Shown here one piece after another: positions 38,404 to 51,679 of a stretch of DNA of 64,000 nucleotides. This DNA is from Octopus sinensis. Taxonomy: Eukaryota. Every line of letters begins with the position of its first letter. Position 1 is the stretch's first letter. The stretch spans positions 81,282,001 through 81,346,000 of the forward strand of contig NC_043002.1 of NCBI RefSeq assembly GCF_006345805.1, read 5' to 3'. The notes beneath the pieces are model-generated. The model was not told the origin of the DNA and searched no databases. It worked only from the letters and a program-made list of their open reading frames with translations. Both the position numbers and the translations under genes were made by a program.

Positions 38404-39305
38404 TACATACATATATATACGCATTTTGTTTTCTGTTTCTCCTCTCTTTCATCGCCGATATTTCTCGTATCTCTCTCTCTCTCTCTTTCTCTTTCTCTTT
38501 ATTTCTCTCCCTCTCACCTACTCGCGCTCCTTTCCCTAATACAGATATCTAATATTACTGGAAGCCATTTTAAAAACAACGTTATATTGATACAATGCAC
38601 CATTTTTTTTTCCTTGCCCATGTTAAATCACCGTATTGATTGACAAGCTGATAACTAACTCAACCAATCAAATTAAATCCAGAACATTTTTATATTTAGC
38701 ATTGTTACAGCTGTCCAAGCGGCGGAATCAGTAGAGCTCCCAGAGAAAAAAGTTCATTGTAAAGTGCTAATCTCTATCCAGTTACAATCCGAGTTCAAAT
38801 CCCGTTAGGGGCATGTTTCAGTTTTATCATTCCTCTTTCGTTACTGTTTATCCCTGGAGTCAATTTTTCAAGAGTATTTGATTCATGCTTAACAATAGGT
38901 TATCTTTTTTCGTTTAAAACGAAAATATATGATTCGTGGGAATTTTTGCTTGCTATTTCAAACTGATCCAGCGATCACACGCGGATGCCGTCGCCACCGC
39001 CGCAGCTGCCTAACCATCCCATCTGTAGACTATAATTTGCAGTATATCCTTAAAACGAGTGGTTCTTAACTGGGGGTTTATAAGGCCCTTTGGGGGGCGG
39101 TCTACATAAGATTTTGTTGCTAAAGTTTATGTGCAATAAAGTGATATGTATGTTGTGTTATGGAATGTGATGCAGGGTAGTGGAGTGGAGTTCAAAATGG
39201 TGGAGTGTAGTTCAAAATGGTGGAGTGTAGCGGATCGTGGTAGAGCATAATACGGTGAGATGAAATATAGGATAGCGTACACTAGGATTCTTTATTGTTC
39301 TAGTA

Positions 39306-40105
39306 GGCGTAGAAGTGGCTCTGTGGTAAGTAGCTTGCTTACCAACAACATGGTTCCGGGTTCAGTCCCACTGCGTTGCAATTTGGGCAGGGGTCTTCTA
39401 CTATAGCCTCGGACCGACCAAAGCCTTGTGAATGGATTTGGTAGACGGAAACTGAAAGAAGCCCGTCGTATATATGCATATATCTATTATATAAAATCCG
39501 TTCTCTGTGTGTGTGTGTGTGTCTCCTAGGATCTCGGGCATCCTCCATCCGATTGCGCTCAAATTTGATATGTAGATACCGACGGTATCAGGGCGTATAT
39601 AAGTCTTGAAAAAATTACAAAAATAGATTCCAGGTGAGAATGCAATCGATAAAGCCGTGGGAACGTGCATTTGTAAAAACGTTTTTCTTGGAATAGAAAA
39701 AAGTCTATCTTTATTTCTTCTTTTGCTGGTGTCTCAAATTTAGGTTAAATCAGTGTTTCTCAAAGGGGAGGCCTATGGGATGGTCGGACAAGTTGTTTTG
39801 AGAAAATTTGCTTTAAATGTTTGACAACTCAGCACCGCCCATTGGACGAGGGGCGTTTTGCACGTATATATATATATGCATGTGTGTGTATATGTTTGTG
39901 TGTCTGTGTTTGTCCCCGCACAACATCGCTTGACAATCGATGCTGGTGTGTTTATGTCCCCGTAACTTAGCGGTTCGGCAAAAGAGAACGATAGAATAAG
40001 TACTAGGCTTACAAAGAATAAGTCCTGGGGTCGATTTGCTCGACTAAAGGCGGTGCTCCAGCATGGCCACAGTCAAATGACTGAAACAAGTAAAAGAGTA
40101 AAAGA
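39306..40105 (+). mobile_element. SINE family A interrupted by a Helitron-like element
   Basis: 5' half at 39306-39480, 3' half at 39865-40105. Confidence 0.9.
39483..39864 (+). mobile_element. Non-autonomous Helitron-like element, family 2, nested in the SINE
   Basis: A|TC 5' end, subterminal hairpin GCACCGCCCATTGGACGAGGGGC, ends CACG|T; no TSD; matches 23628-24010. Confidence 0.75.
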
Positions 40106-41235
40106 CTGGAATAGTAGAATACGAGGAAATGTGATGCGGTGAAGTGTGGTGTAATGCTGAGGTGTATGATTCAGGTTTGATTTTCACGGTGCAGTGTAGA
40201 TGACTGTAAAGCAATGTAATGCAGTGGGACGGAGGTCATGTGTGGTGGTTGAGTGAGGTGGCGCGCAGTACATGGGATTGTGCATTGTAGATCAAAATGG
40301 TGGATTGCAGCGGATCGTGGTGGATTGTGGCCTGGTTCAGGTTACGCATGGTGTAGGAGGTCAAGTCGAATCAACTGCAGAATTTATTGAAATAATCGGT
40401 TCCGTTTTATTAGAGACAGAGACAAGACCAAGCACGGGGAAAATATGTGGGTGGGGAGGACACTCCTTGAATCTCAGTCGACTGCATCAGGATTTCGACT
40501 TAAAAACTGTGGTGAGCGAAAACAGCAGGAACGCGAATCGCGAAAGATGAATTCAATTTAAATAAAGCATGTATAGTGTTCTTCTGTATGCATTCGTGTT
40601 ACAAAAGTGAACAATTGAATTCAACACACACACACGCATATACGCATACACACACACATACATATGCATATATACGTCATGATATATATTCATACACACC
40701 ACGCATTAAATTGCTGATGTTTAAACGGTGTTTTATTTCATTGCTTTTATGTACTATAAAACATATCTGTAGATTTACTTTCACTGTGTGTTACTATAAT
40801 TCTAAACAATAAATCTTATAAATCTAATAAATCTGTTTATATATATATTCCCTTGTACCTTATATAGCAATGAAACGAAGCACCAGTAATTTAATGTTCG
40901 ATCTAGCTGCCTAGAAAAGTATCAAATATGCAAATTGGCCAATCCAGTTTATTTTAGTCCTTATAGTTAGCATATTTATATGCAAGAAATCGTGGATAGC
41001 TGCTCAAGAAGATTCCAACAAGGAACAAACTATACTTCCTTCGTTCTTTGTCCACAAGCAAAAACTCTGTAGACGTATCCTTCACAATTGTCATAACACA
41101 ATGCTGGCTAATAATCTGTTCTTAAGTTCTATATTATAGAAAGTCAATGTATACATAGACATACATATGGTCTAATGGTTAGGATTCCTGGTTTTGAGCC
41201 AGGTTCGATTCTCGTTATGGGAACACTTATTTTTA

Positions 41236-41693
41236 GGCGCAGGTGTGGTTGTGTGGTAAGAAGTTTGCTTCCCAACCACATGGTTCTCGGTTCAATCCCA
41301 CTGCGTGGAACCTTAGGCAAGTGTTTTTTACTATAGCCTCGAGCCGACCAAAGCCTTGTGAGTGGATTTGGTAGATGGAAACTGAAAGAAGCTCGTCGTA
41401 TATATATGTGTGTGTGCGCGTGTGTATGTGTGCGCGCGTGTGTGTGTGTGCGCGCGTGTGTGTGTGTGTGTGTTTGTCCCTCCCACTATCACCACCACCA
41501 CTACCGCCGCTTGACAACTGGTGTTTGTGTGATTACGTCCCCGTAACTTAACGGTTCAGCAAAAGAGACAGATAGAATAAGTACCAAGCTTAAAAAGAAA
41601 AAAGTAAGCACTGGGGTAAACTCATTCGATTAAAAATTCTACGGGGCGATGCTCCAGCATGACCGCAGTCTAATGACTGAAGCAAATAAAAGA
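41236..41693 (+). mobile_element. SINE family A
   Basis: Full-length homology to 3745-4147. Confidence 0.85.
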
Positions 41694-41697
41694 TATA

Positions 41698-41955
41698 GGC
41701 GCAGGAGTGGCAGTGTAGTAAGTAGCTTGCTTACCAACCAAATGGTTCCGGCTTCAGTCCCACTGCGTGGCACCTTGGGAAATTGTCTTCTAATATAGCC
41801 ACGCGCCGACCAAAGCCTTATGAGTGGATTTGGTAGACGGCAAAAGAGGCCGATAGAATAAGTACTAAGCTTACTAAGAATACCCCCTGTTGTCGATTGG
41901 TTCGAATAAAGGTGGTACTCCGCAATAAAATGACTGAAACAAGTAAAAGAGAAAA
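41698..41955 (+). mobile_element. SINE family A, internally deleted, in tandem with the previous copy
   Basis: Head intact; jumps from GGTAGACGG to CAAAAGAGGCCGATAG, lacking the microsatellite core. Confidence 0.8.
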
Positions 41956-42475
41956 AGTATATAAGATATATGTGTGTGAGTGCTCACGCATAGCAAACGA
42001 TTTAAGAAATCTTTATTTCTTAAGAGATTAGATCATTTACAAAATTTGCATCAATCAAAATAGTAAACTACAAGTTTTATTATTTTTTTATTTAAATTAA
42101 ATTGTGAAAAAAATATATTTGAATGTCTTAGTAGCCTAAGGGAAAAGAGAAATTATATTTCTGCCTTAAACCGCAATCGTCGCCTTTCGTCTTTCCCGCC
42201 TACTCATTATTATGTCTAAGTTTTTCTCTTTTTACCAATGCGACATTTACAGACTTCCAGTTGACAATTGATCAAGGAATCAGTCTTGTGCACGTCTACC
42301 ATTGCTGTCTTTTCGGTTTTCCGGTAAATTTCTTTGTTGCTTTTCCCAGTCAACGTTTCTCTACCTCTCTTTTTCTCTTTCTCTCGCGCTCACCTTTTCT
42401 TCGTCTCTTTCTCTGTATCGCTTTCCTTCTTCTCCTCTTCCTCTCTCTCTCCCTCCCTCTATCCATCTATCTATC

Positions 42476-42556
<81 letters not shown>

Positions 42557-42574
42557 CTCTATCTATCTATCTAT

Positions 42575-43100
42575 TTAAAAAAAAGATGGGTGAATGTAGC
42601 AAGGATGGCACGTATGAATGACGAAGCCACCTTGAGCATAATCCTATGAACCCAGAAATTGAAAACAGAGGGTTACCCACTTGCAAACAAATGTGGTAAC
42701 ATATAACAATATTGACCAAGGTTACCGCGGTCTTTTTCGTAGGCTTTTCTTCACACGGATAAACCTTACTTGCTTTCCCCTTTACACCATATATCATAAC
42801 ACTGTGATACACGATCCCTATTGATCGTTTTTTTTTCCTCTTCCCCTTTTTTTCTCCTTTTTTCTTTTTTCATTTCTCTTTTCTTTTGTTCCTTTTCCTT
42901 TTCTTCTTTTTTTAAATTTTTATTATTTTTATTTATTTTTTTTTTATTCTTTTCTTCCCTTTTACGATCCCTCTTGATCGAAAACCTACGCCACCCCTTT
43001 TTTGTTTCTTTTGTTTTTTGTTTTTTTCATCCCCCCAAAGAAAAGCTCTACTTGTAACTTGTCCCATCTGTGTGCAGCCCTGTGTGGCCAATAAAGAAAC
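42575..43100 (+). mobile_element. Tx1-like LINE, 5'-truncated 3' end, within (CTAT)n
   Basis: KKRWVNVARMARMNDEATLSIIL* matches the ORF2 end of the 9371-10475 copy; T-rich UTR ends AATAAAGAAAC. Confidence 0.75.
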
Positions 43101-43224
43101 TTATCTATCTATCAATTACATATATACGAGTGAGTGGACAAACTAAGAAAAAAGTGTCATTCAACACATTTGGTAGGAGTTACATATATTATTTAATAAG
43201 AATTTGATTTGCTTCCATACAGCT

Positions 43225-43328
43225 CAAAGTTTCGTGGGCTCATAAAACGAACCTAGCTTCTTGGGCTTAGATAACCGGTTATATAAACCTCAAGAGCTAG
43301 GTTCGTTTTACGAACCCACGAAACTTTG
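43225..43328. other. ~104-bp imperfect palindrome with no spacer
   Basis: CAAAGTTTCGTGGG..TAAAACGAACCTAGCT arms centred on ATAACCGGTTAT. Confidence 0.9.
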
Positions 43329-43778
43329 GAATTCCTTAACGACAAATTAACCTTCATATAATTAAGGTATCTTCATATAATTAAGGTATGTGTAGCTAGC
43401 TGAGTACCCTTCGTTGAGTAATTATTACATCAGAGGATCTGCTAACTAGGAAACATATGTAACCTGGATTTTACCTGCTCCACTCCCTCAATTTAGATTT
43501 TTATTCACATCCATAGCGACTGAAGTTGCTAACCATGAGCTATAAAACTAAAAAAAAATTCAGCTTATCGAACTTCGATATGGGAAATGCCTACAACCCT
43601 TACCAAAAAATTTTATTCTTGAACGTTGAGTTTTTATACCTACCACGCATTGCTCGAAGTTTACAAACTTCCTACACTTATATGTGTATGTGTGTGTGCA
43701 TGTGTGTGTTTATATAGATATATATACATATATATGTATGTATACAATATCTGTAGACCACTTCAAGCACTCTATACC

Positions 43779-43816
<38 letters not shown>

Positions 43817-44532
43817 GAATATATAATATATATATAGAGAGAGAGGGTGGAGAAAGATAGACAGTCAGACAGATACATACTTATGTATGTATGTATGAAT
43901 GTATGTATTTATGTATGTATGTATATGCATATACCATTATATTGCCAAGTGGGGTTCGAGACACAGTTTAGATGTTTGGCAAGAAAGCTGCTTCGGAATC
44001 ATGATGTCACGGTTTCGATTTCATTGTAAGGGATCTTGGACAACTAGCAATTCTTTTATATCCTCAGATCGATCTATATCATATGAGTGAAAGGCAAAAA
44101 CTCTATGGAAGCCTGATCGGATGGGTACCTGTAATTTAAAGGTCTACCTTTTTCACACAGTGTCACACTGATTTCGACCGAAGACTACATCACGGTTGCA
44201 CGTAAATTCAATGAGCCTGGTAGTTCAGGTGATTCACTTAACACTCATGGTCGGAAATTTTGACCCAGATTTGTTTATTTTCACTCTATGGATTATCCTT
44301 TAGGACAGAAAATTCGATGACAAACAAGAAATCAATGACACAATGCTGATGACCTGGACTTTGTCCTCGTTTATGCCATATATTCATAAATTCAAATTAT
44401 TATTCTTTCAGCCAATGCGAAAAGGATGAGGAATACGTTGAATTAAAATAGCTCAAAACAAAATTGGATCTGCTTCACACATACATACATACATACATAC
44501 ATACATACATACATACATACATACATACGTAC

Positions 44533-44985
44533 ATACCAGTAATTATTCGGGCCCTGGAATATGTAACACACTGCCTAAATACCAATCTTGAGAAATTAGG
44601 CTTCTCAAAACCAGAAAGGAGAAAGCTAATTCGATTACTACAGTTCCAGTCAATCACTGGAACTGTAAAAATCTGTAAAACTTTCCAGAAGTTTATCATT
44701 TAAATATATATGAGTATGTCTAGATATACAACTATATGCATGAGAATACATACATGATACAAAACATACAAATCTTCACATATACATACATACATACGTA
44801 CATACATACATACATACATACATACATACATACATACATGCATATATGCATACATACATACATACATACATACATACATACATACATACATACATACATA
44901 CATACATACCGTTGTTGATGTTGAAATCCCATTGAAGGAGCTGGCTCTTTCTCTATTGGCAAGAAATCTTGAAATAAAACTGAAA
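44533..44985 (+). mobile_element. R4/Dong-type family 1: ORF end plus 3' UTR containing (ATAC)n
   Basis: PVIIRALEYVTHCLNTNLEKLGFSKPERRKLIRLLQFQSITGTVKICKTFQKFII*; about 90% similar to 10935-11020 over the shared part. Confidence 0.85.
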
Positions 44986-45656
44986 AATGACACGCCTATA
45001 TATATATAATATATATATACATGCACACATAATACATGCATACATACTCACGCACAACACACAAATACGAGTAACAAGAGCTTCTTTATCTGGTCGTCCA
45101 CATTGGCTAAAAATGACGACCAAATCTTCAAATCATATCCTATTGTCTTAAAAAGAGAAGAGTACATTAGGCGATGAAGCCTCTTGCGATAAAACGGTTT
45201 GTTAGTCACAACAAGAATGTCTTTGATCATATGATCAAACAGAGCTGACTAAGAATTAAACAACAGCAACAAGACGGATACACAATTCCATGAGATCTTT
45301 CTACTCACTAAGGTACTACTTATGGTCATAGAATTCCCAAATTCTTACTTATTTTAACACTTGCTGATATAAACCATCATAATCATCGTATTTATCAGTT
45401 TATTACTGGTATTTTTTTTATCGATTATAGAAATTTTTTTGTAATATTTCTCCCTATCTGAAGACATAAGTAGTGTTTACATGTATGCTCGACCTGATAG
45501 TATTAGCAGTTGTGTCTCCGTCGAACCACACGATACAGTTATTTGAAATACCAACGTGCCTGCACCTGATTCAATGATACAAATCTTCCTGTTTTAAACT
45601 GATCTTGATTAAAATCGTCTATCAAAATTTCTTTACTAATTTATGTTCCAAATACC

Positions 45657-46439
45657 TTTCTACTATATGCACAAGGCCTTAAATTTGGTGGGGAGGGATA
45701 AACTGAATACATCGACCCTCCGTGCGCAACTAGTACTTATTTAATCGATACTGAAAGGATGATAGGCAAAGTCGACCTCAGCGGAATTTGAACTCAGAAC
45801 ATAGCGGCAGACGAAATACCTATTTCTTTACTCCCCACAAGGAGTTAAACACAGAGGGGACAAACAAGGACAGGCAAACGGATTAGGTCGATTAGATCGA
45901 CCCCAGTGCGTAACTGGTACTTATTTAATCGACCCCGAAAGGATGAAAGGCAAAGTCGACCTCGGCGGAATTTGAACTCAGAACGTAACGGCAGACGAAA
46001 TACGGCTACGCATTTCGCCGAGCGTACTAACGTTTCTGCCAGCTCACCACCTTAAATATCAGTATAATAATCCTTTCTGTTATAGGCACAAGGCCTGAAA
46101 TTTTGGAGGGAAGGATTAAGTCGATTAGATCAACCCCAGAACGCAACTACTACTTGATTTATCGAACTCGAAAAAAATGAAAAGCAAAGTCGACCTCAGC
46201 GGAATTTGAACTCAGAACGTAGCGGCAGACGAAATACCTATTTCTTTATTACCTACAAGGGGCTAAACATAGAGGGGAAAAACAAGGACAGACAAACGGA
46301 CTAAGTCGATTACATCGACCCCAGTACGTAACTGGTACTTATTTAATCGACCCCGAAAGGATGAAAGGTAAAGTCGACCTCGGCGGAATTTGAACTCAGA
46401 ACGCCCGGCATTCTAACGATTCTGCCAGCTCGCCGTCTA
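45657..46439 (-). mobile_element. Two tandem dimeric SINE-B composites, inside a probable MITE remnant
   Basis: Composites at about 45657-46032 and 46052-46437; AAATACC flanks both sides (45650-56, 46440-46); the host remnant ends AAAGGGTTAA at 46542. Confidence 0.8.
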
Positions 46440-46933
46440 AAATACCAGCGCAATTATAATGAGTTATATTATATACTTCATTAAAAATTAATTGAAGCAG
46501 AGACGATGTATTTTAGGTGAATTACGATAACAAAAGGGTTAAGAGAAGCAACACATTCAACAAAGCATTGGATGATCATAGTCAGAATGGCTTTCATGAT
46601 AAATCTGCCCGATCAAGGCCAACCTAAGGTTAAATAAAAATGACAACAAACAAATTTACCCAATGGTTATGGACTTAGCAAAGTTTCTGAGATTATAAAC
46701 TCAGCAAAACCGAATAGAAAATAAAAGGCATGCCTACATTTTTCAAATGATCCCAAACACCTACATAGTATGTTGTATATAGCAAGATAACAAAATAAAA
46801 TGCATTCTACTGAAAATATGTCCACTTGTGAAAATTCTACTCGCGAAAAATAACTTCGAGTAAAAAAGAGGATTATTATTATTATCATTATTATTTCTTC
46901 TTCTTCTTCTTCTTTTTCTTTTTCTTCTTCTCC

Positions 46934-46992
<59 letters not shown>

Positions 46993-47564
46993 TATCTATT
47001 TATTTTGTTTTATTTTATTTTTACTCCAAATTTGTGTAAGATCAGACCTTATGTTCCAGCTTATAATAGCAGCAGCACCAGCAGAAGACATTAACGATAC
47101 CAACGTAGTTTCGGGCGGTGAAATCTCAAAATGAGCAGACTAGTGTTTGGGAATCAGGTATCTTTAAAAATCATTTAATAGCAAAACGATGCAGTCTTCC
47201 ATAAAAAAATTGTAAGATTTCGCTGATTGTGAAATCAAATTCACATTCTTAAAGTGAATCTAGCTCAAGAATGCGATTCTTATCTCAAGTCAGGGTGAAA
47301 CAGACTATTGTTTCTCGCCATGTGCATTGCTCAATGGAAATGTCTCGCTGGGATTACATCAGCAGAACTAGATTTTATTTCAAGGAATGGCAGGGAAACA
47401 GTACAAAAAATATTTTTGCCTGGTTTTTACTAACAATTTTTATTGTTAAAGTTCAAAATACCACATGATAAGCATCCACTCTTTCATCGAGCGCCCCCTC
47501 ATTTATAAAATATCATCATCATCATCGTCTATATCGTCGTCATCATCGTCACCATCACCACCAC

Positions 47565-47603
<39 letters not shown>

Positions 47604-48109
47604 ATCATCATCATCATCATCACCATTATTATTATCATTTACTAGTAGAATAGTTAAAGCGTCGGAGAAATGCCGCGTGGTGCTCGTTCCGGATTTTTAC
47701 ATTTTGAGTTCGATTCCTGCTGAGGTCAGATTTGCTTTTCATCGTTAGCGGGATCGGGGGTCGATAAAATAAAATATCAGTCAAGTACTGGAGTTGACGT
47801 GTCAATTTAAGCGCCCGTTTACTTCTTGCAATATTTTTGCGTGTGAATCTATCAGAAGCCATGTAATTTATTTCCATTATTTTCCAAGAGCAGAGGGCAG
47901 CAACACCAAAAGTTTGCCTGGCAAAATGCTTTGTAGTATATAGTGTGATCACTTTACGTTCTGAGTTCGATTCTCGTCTGGGTTGACATTGCTTTTCTTC
48001 TTCTGGTGCTAAGAAAGTATCGGTAAAATACCTTGCTAACTTAACTAAATATACTTCCTCTCAATGTGTAGACATGTGCCTAGAATAATAGAAATATTAT
48101 TATTATTAT

Positions 48110-48394
48110 TTAGTGAGAGAACAGTGCATGCCATCAAAGTGACACTGGGGTAAAATATACGAAGTCCAGTATACCTATCATGAGTAACCGTCTGACAAGG
48201 GTACATCATGCACATGCACCACAACCATGTTTGTGCATCGCAACCATACATGATCTATCAAGATAAACAGCGCATGATATTGCAGGTGGGGACCAATTAG
48301 AATTTTCTTCAGGTCGAGTTGCCCATCCTGCTTAAAAGGTCCCCTGAATATGGGTTGTTTAAGGATGATGAACGAAACACCCATGTTTTCCATT
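48110..48394 (-). mobile_element. Retroposon-like 3' segment ending in (TAA)n, abutting the LINE at 48395
   Basis: Minus strand ends CTCTCACTAAATAATAATAAT; family not determined. Confidence 0.4.
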
Positions 48395-49900
48395 TGTCTA
48401 TATCATTACTCACTGTCCCTAGTGCACCAGTTATTACAAGCACAACCTTTACAGTTTTCATATTCGAAATTCTCAATCTTTAAGGCTTGCACTTTTTAAT
48501 TGTTTGTTTTCATTCTTCACAATCCTTCAACCAAATGGGCATGGTGGATCAATCAATAGACAAATTCGCTTTTCCTTGTCTATTGTCGTCATATATCTGG
48601 TTTATTATTTTCTATTTTTTTATCCATTTGAATTGGAAAATCCCATAAAATCTTGCATTTGTCAAGCTCAAGTACTCTTTCTACCCGATGATTATACCGG
48701 GTACTTCCAGCTTCAAACCCCTATTTCTGACAAAGCTTCCAGTACAAAACTTTCACAACTTGGTCATTTCTCCATTTCTTGTAATCCCCGTGAGCCAACT
48801 TAGGACATTCTGCAACAATGTGTACCGTTGTTTCCAACCAAATTCCACATACTCTACGTTCCACACATATCTCTCTTTAAGTACAACTGGCTCACATCAA
48901 CTTTCGGATAGTGGACTCCATACAATTGTAAACAGGTTTCTAGTTTTTCTGTCAATTTTTCTGTATGTCGCTTTAGTCCAATCCACAACTCCAGCTCCAT
49001 ATCAGATTACCACTCTTGCATTTATTGTTTTAATGGCGTTTTTTAAATTCAACTTTGACTATAAAATTTTTCTCACTTTCCTTGTATACTCCTCTTTTAT
49101 TGTTTATTCATTTGGCTTTCAAGTCCTTGGCTTCCTTCAAATCTTCTGCATTTGATTATCAGTATAGCGCATTTTCAGTCCAGAATTGCATATCTACACC
49201 ATTTGAGAAAATGCAAAGAGTATGTACAAACGTTCAAGCTGCTTCTCACTTTTACATAAAGCTTGATATTATCTATAAAAAGGAAATGATTTATCTCACC
49301 ATACCCTTTTCCCAAATCATAAGCTATTTTGACTTTCTCTCGTATCAAACTGAATGGTATAAGCTATCGCTTTGAAATATGCCACATCTGATGTTCTCCC
49401 AAGTCTTTGTTTTCTCCCAATCAATTCGGTATTCTAATGATCCATATTATCATGGAAAGTTTTCTCCTTATTTTCAGCCACACTCTAAACATGCTCATTG
49501 TTTTATCTAACTGTTGGTGGTATCATATCTGCCGGCGAGCTGGCAGAAACGTTAGCGCGCCGGGCGAAATGCCTAGAGGTATTTTGTCTGCCGTTACGTT
49601 CCGAGTTCAAATTCCGCCGAGGTCGACTTTACCTTTCATCCTTTTGGGGTTGATAAATTAAGTACCTGTTACTCACTGGGATCGATGTAATCGACTTAAT
49701 TCGTGTGTCTGTCCTTGTTTGTCTCCTCTGTGTTTAGCCCCTTGTGGGTAGTAAAGAAATAGGTATCATATCATATACTTTTCTGTAATCCAGCCATGCT
49801 TCATTCTGTCTCATGAATCTACGTCTGCAATTTTTAATTATCATTTTATCAACTTACAACTGGTCTTCAGTTACCCTACATTATGTCTTGCAATAGGAGT
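48395..49900 (-). mobile_element. R4/Dong-type LINE, family 2 (RT + CCHC + REL), decayed, internally deleted, interrupted by a SINE
   Basis: DQL*VDKMIIKNCRRR..AWLDYRKVYDM, INHFLFIDNIKLY (cf. NHLLFMDDLKLY), YGAGVVDWT, CGIWLETTVHIVAECPKL, KILWDFPIQ, ITGALGTV. Confidence 0.85.
49530..49761 (+). mobile_element. SINE-B long monomer inserted in the LINE RT, with 11-bp TSD
   Basis: GGTATCATATC at 49519-49529 and 49762-49772. Confidence 0.9.
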
Positions 49901-50535
49901 GAAATTATATGGAAGTTTATGCTCTGTCTTCAAAACCAAGATTGATGTGTTAACAAAGGCCGAGTTGATATGCTACACAGCATCCTATGCGTTTGATCAT
50001 CGTAACATGTGAGACATAGCAAAGAACATTGGTGGTGCCACTGATCCTTGGCAGGTCGCCACTTTGGTGGTACAGAACGGATGACCAACAAATTGAGCTG
50101 AAATGATGTAATTGAATGTGGTGTCTCCATGCATACAGAGCCAACGAAGTTCCAAAGGACGGAGAGCTAACTCGGAGATACATCCTATTTTGAAATCTCG
50201 GATTTTGCATATGTGGAAGTAAGATACATATAAATGCTTTTTATCCAGAGAAGCTGGAAAAGCTGACAAAGAAGATGCGGACTCTGGTAAAAGCGGGAGC
50301 AGTGATGACCAGTTTAAGGAGACACTTTTTCTTCTTCCAGAGTGCCATCAGTCTCAGTTTTGAGGATAACGATAGAAATTGCCTCGTCCTTCGCTTCATA
50401 TTTTAACGACGATGTGTCCCATTCCTTGACCGGAACCAATTATTCTACTCCAACGCTGCACAACAACCGGGGGGAGATGAATGATGGGCGAGAATGATAA
50501 ACAATCGAGAAAAGAGAGGAAAAAAGCAGAAAATA

Positions 50536-50956
50536 GGCGCAGGAGTGGCTGTGTGGTAAGTAGCTTGCTTATGAACCACATGGTTCCGGGTTCAGTCCCA
50601 CTGCGTGGCATCTTGAGCAAGTGTCTTCTGCTATGGCCCCGGGCCGACCAATGCCTTGTGAGTGGATTTGGTAGACGGAAACTGAAAAAAGCCTATCGTA
50701 TATATGTATATATATATATGTGTGTGTGTGTGGTGTGTGTGTGTCTATGTTTGTCCCCCTAGCATTGCTTGACAACCGATGCTGGTGCGTTCACGTCCCC
50801 GTCACTTAGCGGTTCGGCAAAAGAGACCGATAGAATAAGTACTGGGCTTACAAAGAATAAGTCCCGGGGTCGATTTGCTCGACTAAAGGCGGTGCTCCAG
50901 CATGGCCGCAGTCAAAAATGACTGAAACAAGTAAAAGAGTAAAAGAGTAAAGAGTA
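50536..50956 (+). mobile_element. SINE family A, full length
   Basis: High similarity to 3745-4147. Confidence 0.9.
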
Positions 50957-51084
50957 AACTCAAGAGCAAAACATTCGAGGACAAGTATATACATATATAA
51001 ACACCCACGTATACGCAAAAGTGTGGGTACATTCATACATATATGTATCTATATACACATATGCATATATATGTGTGCATATAA

Positions 51085-51123
<39 letters not shown>

Positions 51124-51642
51124 GTGGCCTTTTATTTTTCCTATATATAAAAATAATATGAATCATTGATACTGAGTTTTAGTTAGACCACTATACTGAT
51201 GAAAACTAAATAGACCGAAACATGTGCATGGTTATGCAAAACAAGCACCAGACTTCTTTTATGTATATAAGTTTACTTTCAGAAATAGGTTATTTAACTA
51301 TTTCTGGCTTTTTTTCTTTCTTTTCTCTTTTTTTATTTTCCTTTTTTTTTTTTGGGTTAGAATTATGCTCCCATTTCTTTTCGCGTCAGCATCGAGCGTC
51401 ACTGGGAACTTTAATTTTTCTTCTCTTTCTCCAACTAAGAGGAAGATTTCAGTTAATCTGGAATACTTGCGGATGTCATTGAGTACAATGCACTTTAACA
51501 ACGAGATTTTATACGGCGGTTGGAACTAGTAACAATGTGCATGTCTGTGAGAGCGCGCGCGTGTGTGAGTGGTGGTGTGTGTGTGTGTGTGTGCTTGTGA
51601 CTATATCTGTGTCTGTCTGTCTGTTTCTCTCTCTTTCACTCA

Positions 51643-51679
<37 letters not shown>

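Noticed and set aside
50481-50762. ORF containing RKKAENRR, similar to the start of a known nucleolar zinc-finger protein
   Set aside because: The ORF runs straight into a SINE-A head at 50536; the resemblance is coincidental.
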